A DNA stretch of 64,000 nucleotides from Chryseobacterium sp. (GTDB lineage: Bacteria; Bacteroidota; Bacteroidia; Flavobacteriales; Weeksellaceae): positions 20,402 to 84,401 of the forward strand of contig JBCNMJ010000001.1 in the NCBI GenBank assembly GCA_039594975.1, given 5' to 3'. A program made the position numbers and the translations under genes. Numbering within the stretch: position 1 is the first letter of the stretch; each line of letters starts with the position of its first letter. Below are positions 1 to 11,400 of the stretch, one piece after another. The notes beneath the pieces were generated by a model. The model was not told the DNA's origin. It was given only the letters and a program-made list of their open reading frames with translations, and made no database searches.

Positions 1-110
1 GGATTTATATTGATACTGCCTGCAATCCACTCAGAACTTAACCAATCCTGAGGAGATTTCGCTAATAAAGTCATAATATGTATTGCCGTGGCAAATCTTG
101 TATTGTTCAT
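1..110 (-). CDS. Rrf2-family transcriptional regulator, 5' part (runs off the window)
   Basis: Manual translation from ATG at 110: MNNTRFATAIHIMTLLAKSPQDWLSSEWIAGSININP, a typical Rrf2 N-terminus. Confidence 0.75.
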   Translation of the reverse strand, partial: MNNTRFATAIHIMTLLAKSPQDWLSSEWIAGSININ

Positions 111-167
111 TTTACTTATGCAAAGATAAACAAATTTTTAATTGTAACAAATTTTATTACATTTAAA

Positions 168-1118
168 TTATAAAATTAATTTATCCAGATCTAAAAGCAG
201 GTAATTAATATTCTGATTAATGGTCCGTGTTGCCGATTGCATCTGGTTAAGCATTGCTGCTCTGTTATGAAGATCATTGGCTCTGTAATATCCTCCGTCA
301 CTGAAAATCACCGAATGATCCGCTGCGTTTTTATCGTTATCAAACTGATAATGAAGCCATCTCTCTTTCATGCTGCTGATAATAGAATGCTGTTCTTTAT
401 TCGAAAACTTCTTTTCTGTATACATATACCAAATGAATGGGGGAAAATTAGGAGACTCCAGTTTTCCATTCCATATATCTCGTAAAAGGTTCCTCTGATG
501 GATAAATTCTACTTTTCTCCCTTTAGGATTAAGAGTAGCCAAACCTAAACCTGCACCTACAGCACCTCCGCTAATATCTATTGCGCTGCTCCACGCATCA
601 CTTTTAACAATTCCGCCTGCAATAGATGCCGCTGCACCAGTAATAATAGAATATAAGATCATCTTGTTATTTCGCGAATCGTTCAGATTATCCACGTAAT
701 TTCCAATTTGTGCTACTCTTTCTCCTTCACAGTCAAATTCTGCGGCAACCGCATCCAATTCCGTTAACGCTATGGTTATTTTACTATTAATCACACTTTT
801 CAGCTGCAATACTTTTACCTGAGCACTCAATGATGAATCTTTTTTAAGATCAATGATTTTATGAACCTCATCAAGATTATTTAATGCATTCAAGATTAAA
901 ATACTCTGATCAGAAAATATTCCTTTTAATTCCTTATTCACAAGGAGAATAGAGTCCGAATTGTATGACGGCAGTTTATTGACATAATTATATTTAAAAG
1001 GAGCCTTGCAATAGCTGTCTCTCAGGGTAAGAATATTTTGTTTGATTGCCTGATTTTTCTTGGAAACACAAGACGTTAAAAAACTAAAAATGGTCAAAAC
1101 GTAAAACAGCTTTCTCAT
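168..1118 (-). CDS. Hypothetical lipoprotein
   Basis: 316 aa ORF; signal peptide II ending LTSC; glycine-rich hydrophobic hairpin mid-protein. Confidence 0.7.
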   Translation of the reverse strand: MRKLFYVLTIFSFLTSCVSKKNQAIKQNILTLRDSYCKAPFKYNYVNKLPSYNSDSILLVNKELKGIFSDQSILILNALNNLDEVHKIIDLKKDSSLSAQVKVLQLKSVINSKITIALTELDAVAAEFDCEGERVAQIGNYVDNLNDSRNNKMILYSIITGAAASIAGGIVKSDAWSSAIDISGGAVGAGLGLATLNPKGRKVEFIHQRNLLRDIWNGKLESPNFPPFIWYMYTEKKFSNKEQHSIISSMKERWLHYQFDNDKNAADHSVIFSDGGYYRANDLHNRAAMLNQMQSATRTINQNINYLLLDLDKLIL

Positions 1119-1184
1119 ATCGTTGTATTTATGTTTTAGTAAGCTATAAAAGCGGAAACAAACTTACACTAATATACTATAAAT

Positions 1185-1216
1185 AAAAAAATTCACCCGG
1201 GTTCAGGTGAATTTTT
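1185..1216 (-). terminator. Intrinsic terminator after the FKBP gene
   Basis: aaaaattcacc-N8-ggtgaattttt inverted repeat with A/T tails. Confidence 0.7.
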
Positions 1217-1236
1217 AAGTTATTTTTAAGAACAGA

Positions 1237-1671
1237 CTATTTAATTCCTAATAATTCCACTTCAAAAACAAGTGTGCTGTTCGGACCTATTTCTTTGCTG
1301 ATTTCCTGATCTCCATATGCCAAATGCGGAGGAATGATCAGTCTCCATTTACTACCTACAGACATAAGCTGAAGCGCTTCTGTCCATCCTGAAATTACTC
1401 TGTTTAGCGGAAAAGAAGCTGGTGTCCCCCTTTTTACAGAACTGTCGAAAACCTTCCCGGTAATTGTCGTTCCGTGATAATGGCATTTTACGGTAGATCT
1501 GGGACCAGGTTTTGCACCTTCGCCTTCTGTAATGATTTCATACTGCAATCCACTTGGCAAAGTAACAACACTTTCTCTCTTTCCGTATTCTTCCATATAT
1601 TCTTTACCGTCTTTCAGGTTTTTCTCTGCCAGTTCTTTTTTACGTTTAAATAACAAATCTGCTACTCCCAT
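1237..1671 (-). CDS. FKBP-type peptidyl-prolyl isomerase
   Basis: VTLPSGLQY, HYHGT, FDSS, VISGWTEAL, LIIPPHLAYG motifs. Confidence 0.95.
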   Translation of the reverse strand: MGVADLLFKRKKELAEKNLKDGKEYMEEYGKRESVVTLPSGLQYEIITEGEGAKPGPRSTVKCHYHGTTITGKVFDSSVKRGTPASFPLNRVISGWTEALQLMSVGSKWRLIIPPHLAYGDQEISKEIGPNSTLVFEVELLGIK

Positions 1672-1904
1672 AATTAAATATTTTTACAAAGATAAGATTT
1701 TAAGACGGGAAGAAAGAAGTTGAAAAAGAATAAGTTATTTTGAATTTACTATTCAGAAACACATTAATTAATCAATTTACTTTCAATCTATTATAACTGA
1801 ATTACTTTAAAATTATTTCCCCTCCTTCAAAAAGTTCAAATATCTTTAATACTGCGTTAACAGCATTTCAGAAACTTGGCGTTATAATTGGATTTAAAAA
1901 CTGA

Positions 1905-2906
1905 ATGCCAGATCCACTAAAATATAATAAGAACTTCGACAAACTCTCGTATGAAGAAAAACAACTTCTGGAAGAAACGAAGAAAAGTATCGCTGATTTT
2001 GTAGAACAGTCTCCTTCTATAAGTGATGTCAACTATGCTACCAGAAATGCTCATGCAAAAGCCTATGCTGTTTTGTCAGGATATTTTATTATTGATCCTC
2101 ATCTTCCGCAAGATTTAAAGTATCTTTTTGATAAGGAAAAATATGAAATTGTTGCCAGACTTTCCAATGCCAACCTGAAAATTAAAAAGAATAAAAAAGA
2201 TATTCCGGCTTATGGTTTTTCAATCAAAATAAAAGATGATGCCGGACGTACAATCTCCAATTATCCATTGGTAAATTTCCCGTTGTTTCCCACCAATTCT
2301 GTTTCTGCATTTTTAAAAATGTTTACAGCTATCAATAAGTTTTATGCTAAAAAATGGGGCAACTGGACATCGTTTATAAGGAATGTATGGAAAATAGTTC
2401 CTTCTTTACTGACCTTCTCTTTTATAAAGCATAGCATTGGTCTCTTCCTGAAAAGAAATGACTTTATCTTATCCTTTGATTATTATTCTGTGGGCGCATA
2501 CAGACTAGATGATAAAATGATAAAAATAAAAATAAGCCCCCAAAATATCCAGAAAAAATCCGGGACGAGAAGGGAGGTAAAGAAGTCTGTTAAAAAATAT
2601 TTTGAAAATAATGATTATGAGGCAGAAGTTTTTATTCAGCTCTGCTATGATCTAAAATACCAACCGATTAATCAATTAAATATTGAATGGAAAAACTCTC
2701 CTTTCATAAAGTTAGGAAAAATAAGATTTGAAAAGAATGCATTTCAAAATTCAGATAGCTGCGACAATGAATTATTGTCTTTTAATCCGTTTGAAAGTGC
2801 AGAGATCTTTCAGCCGGTCGGAAAAATTCAGAAATTGAGGGATGAAGCCTATAAAGTTTCTCTGCAAACGAGAAAAAAGATCAATAAGCTTTTAAAGTAT
2901 AAATAA
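1905..2906 (+). CDS. Catalase-related heme protein
   Basis: TRNAHAK proximal motif, ARLSN, LSFNP; 333 aa. Confidence 0.7.
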   Translation: MPDPLKYNKNFDKLSYEEKQLLEETKKSIADFVEQSPSISDVNYATRNAHAKAYAVLSGYFIIDPHLPQDLKYLFDKEKYEIVARLSNANLKIKKNKKDIPAYGFSIKIKDDAGRTISNYPLVNFPLFPTNSVSAFLKMFTAINKFYAKKWGNWTSFIRNVWKIVPSLLTFSFIKHSIGLFLKRNDFILSFDYYSVGAYRLDDKMIKIKISPQNIQKKSGTRREVKKSVKKYFENNDYEAEVFIQLCYDLKYQPINQLNIEWKNSPFIKLGKIRFEKNAFQNSDSCDNELLSFNPFESAEIFQPVGKIQKLRDEAYKVSLQTRKKINKLLKYK

Positions 2907-2930
2907 AAAAGGCTTTACTCAATGTAAAGC

Positions 2931-3965
2931 CTAGATATTTTCATTTTCCTCCAGTTGTTTTTTCATTTTATTATCCGGGAATAGCATCGAAACGATTACG
3001 GAAATCAGTAAAACCCCTCCCACAATTCCTAAAGAAACCGGAGACGGGATATGAATCCACGGAGCAATCAGCATTTTTACCCCGATGAAGGATAAAATAA
3101 TTGCTAAACCATACGACAGCTTACTAAACATATAAATAAAATTGGCCAATAAGAAATACAGGGATCTCAATCCTAAAATGGCAAAAATGTTTGATGTATA
3201 AAGGATAAAAGGATCATTTGAAATCGCAAATATGGCCGGAATGGAATCCACCGCAAAAAGGACATCCGTAAATTCGATTACGGCAACCACCACCAAAAGC
3301 GGAGTCGCCATTTTTATCCCGTTTTGGACAGTAAAGAATTTATCCCCGTCATAGGTAGAAGAGACCTTCCAAAAACTTTTTACCAGCTTTGCACCGGCAG
3401 AATCGCTATAATCTTCATCCTCCTGATCATCATGCCCTCCCCATGATTTTATCCCTGCATAAACAAGGAATAAACCGAATAAGGTCATTACGACATTAAT
3501 CTTTACAGGATCTCCAAAAACTTCCATTTCCGGAAGGTACGTCAGATTAATAATTCCGATTCCGGCAAAAATAAATATAGCCCTGAATATCAAAGCACCG
3601 ATAATTCCCCAGAATAGCACTTTATGATGGAGATTTTTAGGAACTTTAAAAAAACCGAATACTAGAATAAAAACAAACAGATTATCTACAGAAAGTGCTT
3701 TTTCTATCCAATACGCCGCCTGATATTGGGTAAATTTTTCGACAGCCAGTTTGTGTCCTTCAGCTTCATTGAAAACCCAATACACAACGCCCGAAAAAAT
3801 CATAGACAAAGAAATCCAAACTACCGACCAGATCGTAGCTTCTTTTGAGGAAACTTCATGACTTTTCTTATTGAAAATCCCTAAGTCTAAAAGCAACATA
3901 ACCAATACCGTTATGGCAAATCCCCACACCAACGCCGGGTGCAGATCTAAAATATTTTGTCTCAC
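2931..3965 (-). CDS. TerC/Alx family membrane protein
   Basis: EKALSVDNLFVF, DVLFAVDSIPA, TSNIFAILGLRSLY. Start moved to GTG 3965 because a TATCTTTG -7 box lies at 4002-4009, inside the longer ORF-track call. Confidence 0.9.
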   Translation of the reverse strand: MRQNILDLHPALVWGFAITVLVMLLLDLGIFNKKSHEVSSKEATIWSVVWISLSMIFSGVVYWVFNEAEGHKLAVEKFTQYQAAYWIEKALSVDNLFVFILVFGFFKVPKNLHHKVLFWGIIGALIFRAIFIFAGIGIINLTYLPEMEVFGDPVKINVVMTLFGLFLVYAGIKSWGGHDDQEDEDYSDSAGAKLVKSFWKVSSTYDGDKFFTVQNGIKMATPLLVVVAVIEFTDVLFAVDSIPAIFAISNDPFILYTSNIFAILGLRSLYFLLANFIYMFSKLSYGLAIILSFIGVKMLIAPWIHIPSPVSLGIVGGVLLISVIVSMLFPDNKMKKQLEENENI

Positions 3966-4073
3966 TATGTTTATATTAAAATATTGTGAATAGCTTACTG
4001 CCAAAGATACCATTTAAATCTAAGACTGCCTATTTATCTTCCATGACTCCTATCCAAAAATAGATGAAAAAAA

Positions 4074-5612
4074 TCACTTCTCAGGCATTACTTTATAAGT
4101 AGGATCATCCTGAATATTTACTTCGATAACTGCTTCAGCATTTTTCAGCATTTTCCGGCAGTCTTCACTCAGATGTTTTAAATGCAATTTTTTATTTTGC
4201 TGGGCATATCTTTTTGATAATTTGTCTAAAGTATCAATAGCGCTCATATCAACAATCCGGCTTTCTTTGAAGTCAATTACCACCTGTTCGGGATCATTCA
4301 TCGGATCAAATTTATCTGTAAATGTACTAACTGAGCCAAAGAATAACGGTCCTAAAATTTCGTAGTACTTAATTCCGCTTTCATCAGTATACTTTCGGGC
4401 ACGAATTCTTGTGGCGTTATCCCAGGCAAAAACCAATGCAGAAATAATTACCCCTACTAAAACCGCCAATGCCAGATTGTGAAGAACAATAGTAATTAAA
4501 GCTACTGTCATTCCTACAAAAATATCAGACTTTGGCATTTTGTTGACGATCCTGATAGATACCCATTGAAATGTACTGATTGCCACCATCATCATTACTC
4601 CCACCAAAGCAGCCATCGGAATTTTTTCGATAAATGGCGCACCTACTAAAATGATAATCAAAATCATTATGGATGCTATAATTCCTGAAAGTCTGGCTCT
4701 TGAACCTGCATTTAAATTTACCAGCGTCTGCGCAACCATTGCACAACCTCCCATTCCACCGAAAAATCCGTTTGTAATATTGGCTAAACCCTGTGCGACT
4801 GATTCTTTATTAGTATTTCCTTTAGAGTTTGTGATTTCGTCAACCATTGATAACGTCAGCAATGATTCAATCAGACCAACTCCTGCCATAATCAAAGCGT
4901 ATGGAAAAATGATCTGTAAAGTCTCCAATGAAAAGGGAATGCTTGGAATATGAAAACTCGGTAAGTTTCCGCTAATGTGAGCAATATCTGCAACTGTTTT
5001 GGTATGAATATCAAATCCTACAACAATACCAAAAACAATCAAAATAGCCACCAGAGATGCCGGAACCACCTTTGTGATTTTTGGAAAGAAGTAAACAATT
5101 GCAATCGTTAAAGCTGTTAAACCAGCCATAATATATAATGGAGTTCCCTGAAGCCAGCTTACCACTCCATTGGCATCAGTAATTTTAAACTGTTCGATCT
5201 GTGCCATAAAAATAATCACCGCCAAACCATTTAAAAAGCCATACATTACCGGTTGCGGAATTAATCTCACGAATTTTCCGAGTTTCAGAACACCCACCAA
5301 CAGCTGAAAAATTCCGGCAAGAGCAACAGTAGCAAAGAGATATTCTACCCCATGATTTTTGATTAAAGCAATTAAAACAACAATCGTTGCACCTGCTCCA
5401 CCAGAAACCATTCCGGGACGGCCGCCCAAAATTGCAGTAACCAATCCCATCATAAAAGCAGCATACAAACCTGTAAGAGGGGAAAGCCCGGCAAGAATGG
5501 CAAACGACAACGATTCGGGAATCATAGTCATCGCCACCGTAAATCCTGCTAAAATTTCATTTTTATAATTAATTTTTTGCGAAAAGTCGAAAAGTTTAAG
5601 AGTATTTCCCAT
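4074..5612 (-). CDS. SulP family anion transporter with STAS domain
   Basis: EILAGFTVAMTMIPESLSFA, GGMGGCAM, C-terminal STAS (GPLFFG, VIDF). Confidence 0.93.
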   Translation of the reverse strand: MGNTLKLFDFSQKINYKNEILAGFTVAMTMIPESLSFAILAGLSPLTGLYAAFMMGLVTAILGGRPGMVSGGAGATIVVLIALIKNHGVEYLFATVALAGIFQLLVGVLKLGKFVRLIPQPVMYGFLNGLAVIIFMAQIEQFKITDANGVVSWLQGTPLYIMAGLTALTIAIVYFFPKITKVVPASLVAILIVFGIVVGFDIHTKTVADIAHISGNLPSFHIPSIPFSLETLQIIFPYALIMAGVGLIESLLTLSMVDEITNSKGNTNKESVAQGLANITNGFFGGMGGCAMVAQTLVNLNAGSRARLSGIIASIMILIIILVGAPFIEKIPMAALVGVMMMVAISTFQWVSIRIVNKMPKSDIFVGMTVALITIVLHNLALAVLVGVIISALVFAWDNATRIRARKYTDESGIKYYEILGPLFFGSVSTFTDKFDPMNDPEQVVIDFKESRIVDMSAIDTLDKLSKRYAQQNKKLHLKHLSEDCRKMLKNAEAVIEVNIQDDPTYKVMPEK

Positions 5613-5706
5613 TGGAAAAAATAAATTTAAGGATGTAAATTATGATTTTTTAAACACCCAAATCCCGCTTTTCGGAAACTGGAAAAACAGGTTGGCAAAA
5701 CAATCC

Positions 5707-5751
5707 TTAAGCCGTTATAACTTCAGAAGAAATTTTGTTTTTTGCCCTCAT
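5707..5751 (-). other. Possible 14-aa leader ORF (MRAKNKISSEVITA) in the SulP 5' UTR
   Basis: ATG just downstream of a TATCTTTG -7 box (5760-5767); stop about 95 nt before the SulP start. Confidence 0.3.
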
Positions 5752-5816
5752 AATTTCTGCAAAGATAAAAACTTGAAGGTGATTGCACAATTTCAGACTT
5801 TTCAATTGCTGAAGAG

Positions 5817-6860
5817 TTATCTGCTATGAGTCACTTTATCAATCTCTTTGACAATGATTCGAGAGGCTACTGGAGACCAGTGAGTATCATCATAAAAATA
5901 AATATCCTGCTCATGATTCATATGACTTTTCAGGATTTCTTTAGAATTTATATATAAATAATTTTTTTTAAGAGGTTTAAGATGCTCGAAGAACAGCGGT
6001 TTCTCCAGATTATTTTTATCAGCTATGTAATCATAATACATATCGTATTTATCCGGAGCAGGTAATACGATGAGTTCTACATTTTTTTCCTGAAGTTTTT
6101 GGGATATTTTATTGAGTATATTATTTAGTAAAACAACGTTTGAGAGCTTATTACTTTCGGCAAGAGAGATGATATCGTATTTGTAAAAAAGCAATTTATC
6201 AGATTGATTACTGAATAATTTTATTGAATTTAAATTATAATTATAAATTAAATCGTTGGAGAGATAGTCTTTACAAATAAAAAACTTAGGCATATAGTAA
6301 AGCGGAAACTGAATGGTCGATCTGGAAAAAAATTCAGAATCTGTTTTATTTTCTTTTAATTCCTCATGATGATTTAAAATCAAAGAATCTATTTGCTTTT
6401 GCTCTATTTTTGTGTTAAAGTTTATCCATGTAATATTATCGATGAAATGACGCTCCACATTTTGAAGAACAACATATTTAACGGCATAATGATCAAAAAA
6501 ATCACCGTTGATAAGGTTAATTAAGGTCTGAATCTGATTATTTGAGATAAATTCATCAACATGTAAGGTTGTGTATTTTTCTGCTAAGAAATGATTATAT
6601 CCGTATCCTTTCTGCTCTGAAAAAGAATCTCCCATTGTCAGAAAATCAAATTTCCTCTTTTTTGTTTTCGATAATCTTTCAAAATTTTCTTTTTCAGACA
6701 AATCAAAACGATCTCTGTAATGTTTATAAATATTAGGGATCATTCCCATTCTTAAAACATCCGGACTTTCTGTTCTGATCAGCCCAATTAATGAAACCCC
6801 GAACAGAAATACTGCTGGAAGGATAAAATATGCCGTTTTAAGTATAAATTTCTTTATCAT
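5817..6860 (-). CDS. AlgJ/AlgX-like SGNH O-acetyltransferase partner
   Basis: GDSFS block I and DTHWS catalytic motif; directly follows an MBOAT gene. Confidence 0.75.
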   Translation of the reverse strand: MIKKFILKTAYFILPAVFLFGVSLIGLIRTESPDVLRMGMIPNIYKHYRDRFDLSEKENFERLSKTKKRKFDFLTMGDSFSEQKGYGYNHFLAEKYTTLHVDEFISNNQIQTLINLINGDFFDHYAVKYVVLQNVERHFIDNITWINFNTKIEQKQIDSLILNHHEELKENKTDSEFFSRSTIQFPLYYMPKFFICKDYLSNDLIYNYNLNSIKLFSNQSDKLLFYKYDIISLAESNKLSNVVLLNNILNKISQKLQEKNVELIVLPAPDKYDMYYDYIADKNNLEKPLFFEHLKPLKKNYLYINSKEILKSHMNHEQDIYFYDDTHWSPVASRIIVKEIDKVTHSR

Positions 6861-6863
6861 TTA

Positions 6864-8312
6864 TCAAAATTGAAAGTAAATGAACTGTTCCGTATTTCCT
6901 CCAAACCAAAAAACAGAGATAATAATAGCATAATACATGGCATATCTCAGAGGTTTCCTCCAATGCAAACCTAGTTTTTCAATCGCATACTGACTTTCTC
7001 GGCCTTTCCATTCTACCAGAATAAAAATGATCACAAGAAGAATTGTTATGATCGCTTTCTTCTTCTCTTCAAATTCAGGAACTGTAAAAAGTGAGCCGGA
7101 AAACATTTCGGTGATGTATTGATAGGCATGAGTCATATTTTCAGCTCTGAAAAATATCCATGCGAAAACAGTCAGTCCAAAAGTTATGAGTATTTGTAAA
7201 AATTCGCGGATAGTCGGCCATTGTCTACCTTTAGAAACAATTTCCAAATTTTTCCTATTGGTTTTCATAAGAATGGAAGGCATAATGAATATGGCATTTA
7301 ATAATCCCCATACAATAAATGTCCAGTTCGCTCCATGCCAGAATCCACTCACTATAAAAATGATAAATGTATTTCTTATCCGCATCCATTTTCCTCCTTT
7401 ACTTCCTCCTAAAGGAATGTATAGGTAATCTTTGAACCATGAAGAAAGTGAAATATGCCAACGTCTCCAAAATTCTGCAAAATCTCTTGAAAAATAGGGA
7501 AAGGCAAAATTACGCAACAGATCAAATCCGAATAATCTGGCAGTACCTAAAGCAATATCGGAATATCCTGAAAAATCTCCATAAATCTGAAAGGCAAAAA
7601 ACACAGCTCCCAGAGCCAATGTACTTCCGTTCATATCTGCAGAGTGATTAAATATCTGATTAGCAAATTCTGCACAATTATCAGCAATCACTATTTTTTT
7701 GAATAGTCCCCACAACACCTGCCGCAAACCGTCTACGGCTTTATTATAATCAAAAACTCTTTTCTCTTTGATCTGTGGAAGAAGATGGGTAGCTCTTTCT
7801 ATAGGACCGGCAACTAAAAGAGGAAAAAAGCTTACAAACAGGGCATAATCCACAAAATTACTTTCTGCTTTAATTTTACCTTTATATACGTCTATCACAT
7901 AAGAAAGACCGTGAAAAGTATAAAAAGAGATTCCCAGAGGAAGAATTACATTAAGTAACACCGAACTGGATTTCCACCCTATTTGAGAAGAAAAATCAGC
8001 AAAAGATTCAGCAAAAAAGTTATAATATTTAAATATCCCTAAGAATCCGAGATTGATAATAATGCTCGACCAAAACCAAATCCTCTTGATTTTTAAACTT
8101 CCTGCCTTTTGCATTTTCAGACCTGTAAAATAATCCAGTAAAGTGGAAAACATCAGCAGAAAAAGGAAGCGCCAATCCCAACAGGCATAAAAAAAATAAC
8201 TTGCTAAAAATAATAATCTGTTTTGAAATTTAAGATTTTTATTGGCAAGATACCAGTATATTATAAAAACTGTTGGTAAGAAAATTAAAAATTCTATAGA
8301 GTTAAAGAGCAT
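6864..8312 (-). CDS. MBOAT family O-acyltransferase (AlgI/DltB-like)
   Basis: LPLGISFYTF, FFPLLVAGPI, DFSGYSDIA, FWRRWHISLS, SGFWHGA. Confidence 0.95.
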   Translation of the reverse strand: MLFNSIEFLIFLPTVFIIYWYLANKNLKFQNRLLFLASYFFYACWDWRFLFLLMFSTLLDYFTGLKMQKAGSLKIKRIWFWSSIIINLGFLGIFKYYNFFAESFADFSSQIGWKSSSVLLNVILPLGISFYTFHGLSYVIDVYKGKIKAESNFVDYALFVSFFPLLVAGPIERATHLLPQIKEKRVFDYNKAVDGLRQVLWGLFKKIVIADNCAEFANQIFNHSADMNGSTLALGAVFFAFQIYGDFSGYSDIALGTARLFGFDLLRNFAFPYFSRDFAEFWRRWHISLSSWFKDYLYIPLGGSKGGKWMRIRNTFIIFIVSGFWHGANWTFIVWGLLNAIFIMPSILMKTNRKNLEIVSKGRQWPTIREFLQILITFGLTVFAWIFFRAENMTHAYQYITEMFSGSLFTVPEFEEKKKAIITILLVIIFILVEWKGRESQYAIEKLGLHWRKPLRYAMYYAIIISVFWFGGNTEQFIYFQF

Positions 8313-8441
8313 TCTTTTTGTTTGTTTTAACGAATTCTTTTCATAGTGTCACTCTCAGTTTCCAAATATACAAACTTCATGTAAGGAATTGAAAGAATCA
8401 GATATTCATTTGTATCTTAAGTAATAAAATAATTACGAAAT

Positions 8442-8471
8442 AAAAAAGACTACAGATTCCTGTAGCCTTTT
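8442..8471 (-). terminator. Terminator of the PspA-flotillin-ATPase operon
   Basis: aaaagactacag-attc-ctgtagcctttt hairpin just past the ATPase stop. Confidence 0.65.
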
Positions 8472-8479
8472 CATGGTTA

Positions 8480-11400
8480 TTAGTTTTTAAGAACATCTTT
8501 TATCCCTTCCAGTCCTTCACTGAACTGGGCAAGCAAAGCAACCACCTGCGCCATTCTGTCGTTCTCTCCCAGACCTTTCAGCGTTTTATTTTTAACAAAA
8601 GTTTTTTTAATATCTTCCCAACGTTCCATCTCACTTTCATTCATCATTCCCATCAGTTCTTTCAACTTCAGCATATTGGCTTCTGCTCCTGTGGTTAAAG
8701 TCTGAGATTCATTCTGATAATGATTCAGTACAATTTGTATTACTTCATCTTCTTTCAAAATCGGTTGGATCTGGGCAATCAGCTTATTCATATTTCGGTA
8801 AGATCCCTGTAATTTAAAAGTTGGTTCATTTCTGTATTCATCTGCCATTGCCGCAGAAGAGATATACTGAGCGTTGACTTTCAGAACAGTTTCTCTAACT
8901 TTTAAAGTGTTTTCCAGTACTTTTCTGAAATCTGAAATTTCGTTGGAACTGAAGTTTCCGGTCAAATCTACATTCGAATTATCTGAAACGATGCTATCAT
9001 ATAGTTCATATAAGTTTTGCATGCCTGGATTCGTCAGTCTTGTAAGATATTCATTAGACATCAAAGCGTTTTCAATTAGACTTAAATCAAACAAATCTGT
9101 TTTACTGCCTGAAATCTCACCCAAATTATAGGTATCTGAACGGTTGGCCAACATATCCGGAATTCTGAATTTCTCCCCGCTTTCCGTATATGGGTTTCCT
9201 GCCATTACCAGACAAAAACGTTTTGATCTTAAGTCATACGTTTTGCTTTCGCCATTATAGATTCCTTCAATTTTTCTCTGCCCGTCTGCTAAAGAGATAA
9301 ATTTTTGCAAAAATTCAGGATTGCAATGCTGAATATCATCCAAATACAGCATCACATTATCTCCCATTTCCAATGCCAGATTCAGCTTTTCAAGTTCCTG
9401 TCTTGCCCCTGCATTTTTAGCTTCGTTCGGATCTGTGGAAACAATATCGTGACCAATGGACGGACCATTAATTTTCATAAAAACCAATCCCATTCGGTCT
9501 GCCATGTATTCCATCAAGGTCGTTTTACCATAACCAGGTGGCGAAACCAGAAGCAGCATTCCCATTCTGTCGGTACGCTTATCATTTCCTACGGTTCCTA
9601 ACTGTTTTGCCAGATTGGCTCCGATCAAAGGAAAATAGACTTCGCTGATCAATTTATTTCTTACAAAAGAACTCAAAACCTGAGACTGAAACGTCTCTAT
9701 TTTCAGGGCTTTCTTTTTTTCATTTACCCATTTTGCCTTTAATTCATTCAGATGTCTGAATTTCGGAACAGTGATTTCACTGTAATGTTTTAAACGTGAT
9801 GTAAATTCATAATAATTCAAAATATATTCAGCATCCTTCTCCAGAGAGCGTAATTCTTTTAAGCTTACTTCATAAGTTGTGTAGCGAATATTTTTCTCTT
9901 CAAAATTCTGAGAAATTAAAAACACAGCGACCTCATTAATGATTCCTTTTTCAATAGGTAATCCTGTATAACCAACAAATGCTTCCAAAGCACTTTCCGC
10001 CATCGAAAAACATGCAGAAGGATAAAGATGCAGCATTTTCAGCTGATCAATCAGTTCCATTTCTTTTCCTTTTTCTTTCAGATCTTTTAAAAATGTCTGA
10101 TATAAAGCCGATGCTTTTTCGGAGATTATGAAATGCAGTCGGTCCTCTGTTTTTAAATATTCTGCTGTATTCGAAAAATCTGCATCCGTAAAAAACTGAT
10201 ATTGTTCTGCAAAGGCTTTAATTTCTTTTGACAGTTCTGTATTTAATCTTTCAAATCCACTTTTTGAAGTAAATGATGATGAAATCAGCGAAATGATTTC
10301 AAACTGTTTTTGATAATATTCTTTTCTTGCATCTTCCAAAAAGTTCCAGAACAACTGCGCTAAAGCCCTTTCTTCTGAAGTAAACCTCATCAGTCCTAAT
10401 TCATTATGAATCTGCTGAAGTTTTGATACAATCGTTAAAGCATCTTCATCATGAATTCCTTTTACTAAACCTTCTCCAAAATGCTGTGACATAAAATCCT
10501 GTATAAATTCCCGATTCTGATGTTCAGTGTGGATATTCTGATGTTTTGAAAAAATGTTCCAGGCCAAATATTCAAAACGTTTTACAGTATTATTTTCAGA
10601 GATAAATTCCTGATTCCAGACTTCTTTATAATCTGAAAGAGCATCAAATTGTAACGGCTCATAAAATGCCGTTCCAGTTAAATGATAATAGTACTGAGCA
10701 TTTCGCATCACCAATGTAAGATCCAGCTTCTGCTGATTGACTGCAAATTTATAGTCCCCCAAAGCAATCACATGATCCCCATCTGCATAAATCTCTTTTT
10801 TGTCTTTTAATTTTCTGACTGATTCCTGCTGAGAAGTTTTTAACAAAGTCTGAATTTCCTCCGACTTCGCAGAGTCTTCCATTTCACTGAGCTGTCTTGA
10901 AAGATCCCGTACTTTTTCCACCATCAAATCTGTCGCAAAATACCCGTTGATCTCGTTTTCAGAATCAAAAGATTCTGCTTTGGTCTGCACAGATTTTAAA
11001 ATTCTCTTTGCTGAATCATACAAACTTTGAGTACGCTTGTTTCTTGATTCTGTAAGCTGAACTCTTTTATTTTGAAAATGCCCGTAAACCTCTTCTCTCT
11101 TCTCTCCGATTTTCTGAATAAATTCATCAAAATCAACAAACTTCGTTTCCATTTCTTCCAGCTGAATGGAAAGTTTGGTGAGATATTCATCACATTTCTC
11201 AGGAGTCTGCGAAAGTTCCAGAAAGTTAATCACCGACTGATCAAATAGTGTCATCTGTGCCTGAAAATCTGCAGACAGCTCTTTTCCTGAAATTTCTCTT
11301 TTACGTTTTGTTAATTCCAGTCTTTCCTGATTCAATCTTGCAAAAATCACGGAGATATTCTCAATGATTTGAGTTGAATGAGAGGTATCTTCAATTTTTA

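Noticed and set aside
3966-4073. yybP-ykoY manganese riboswitch before the TerC gene
   Set aside because: Consensus elements not seen; the -7 box leaves too short a UTR
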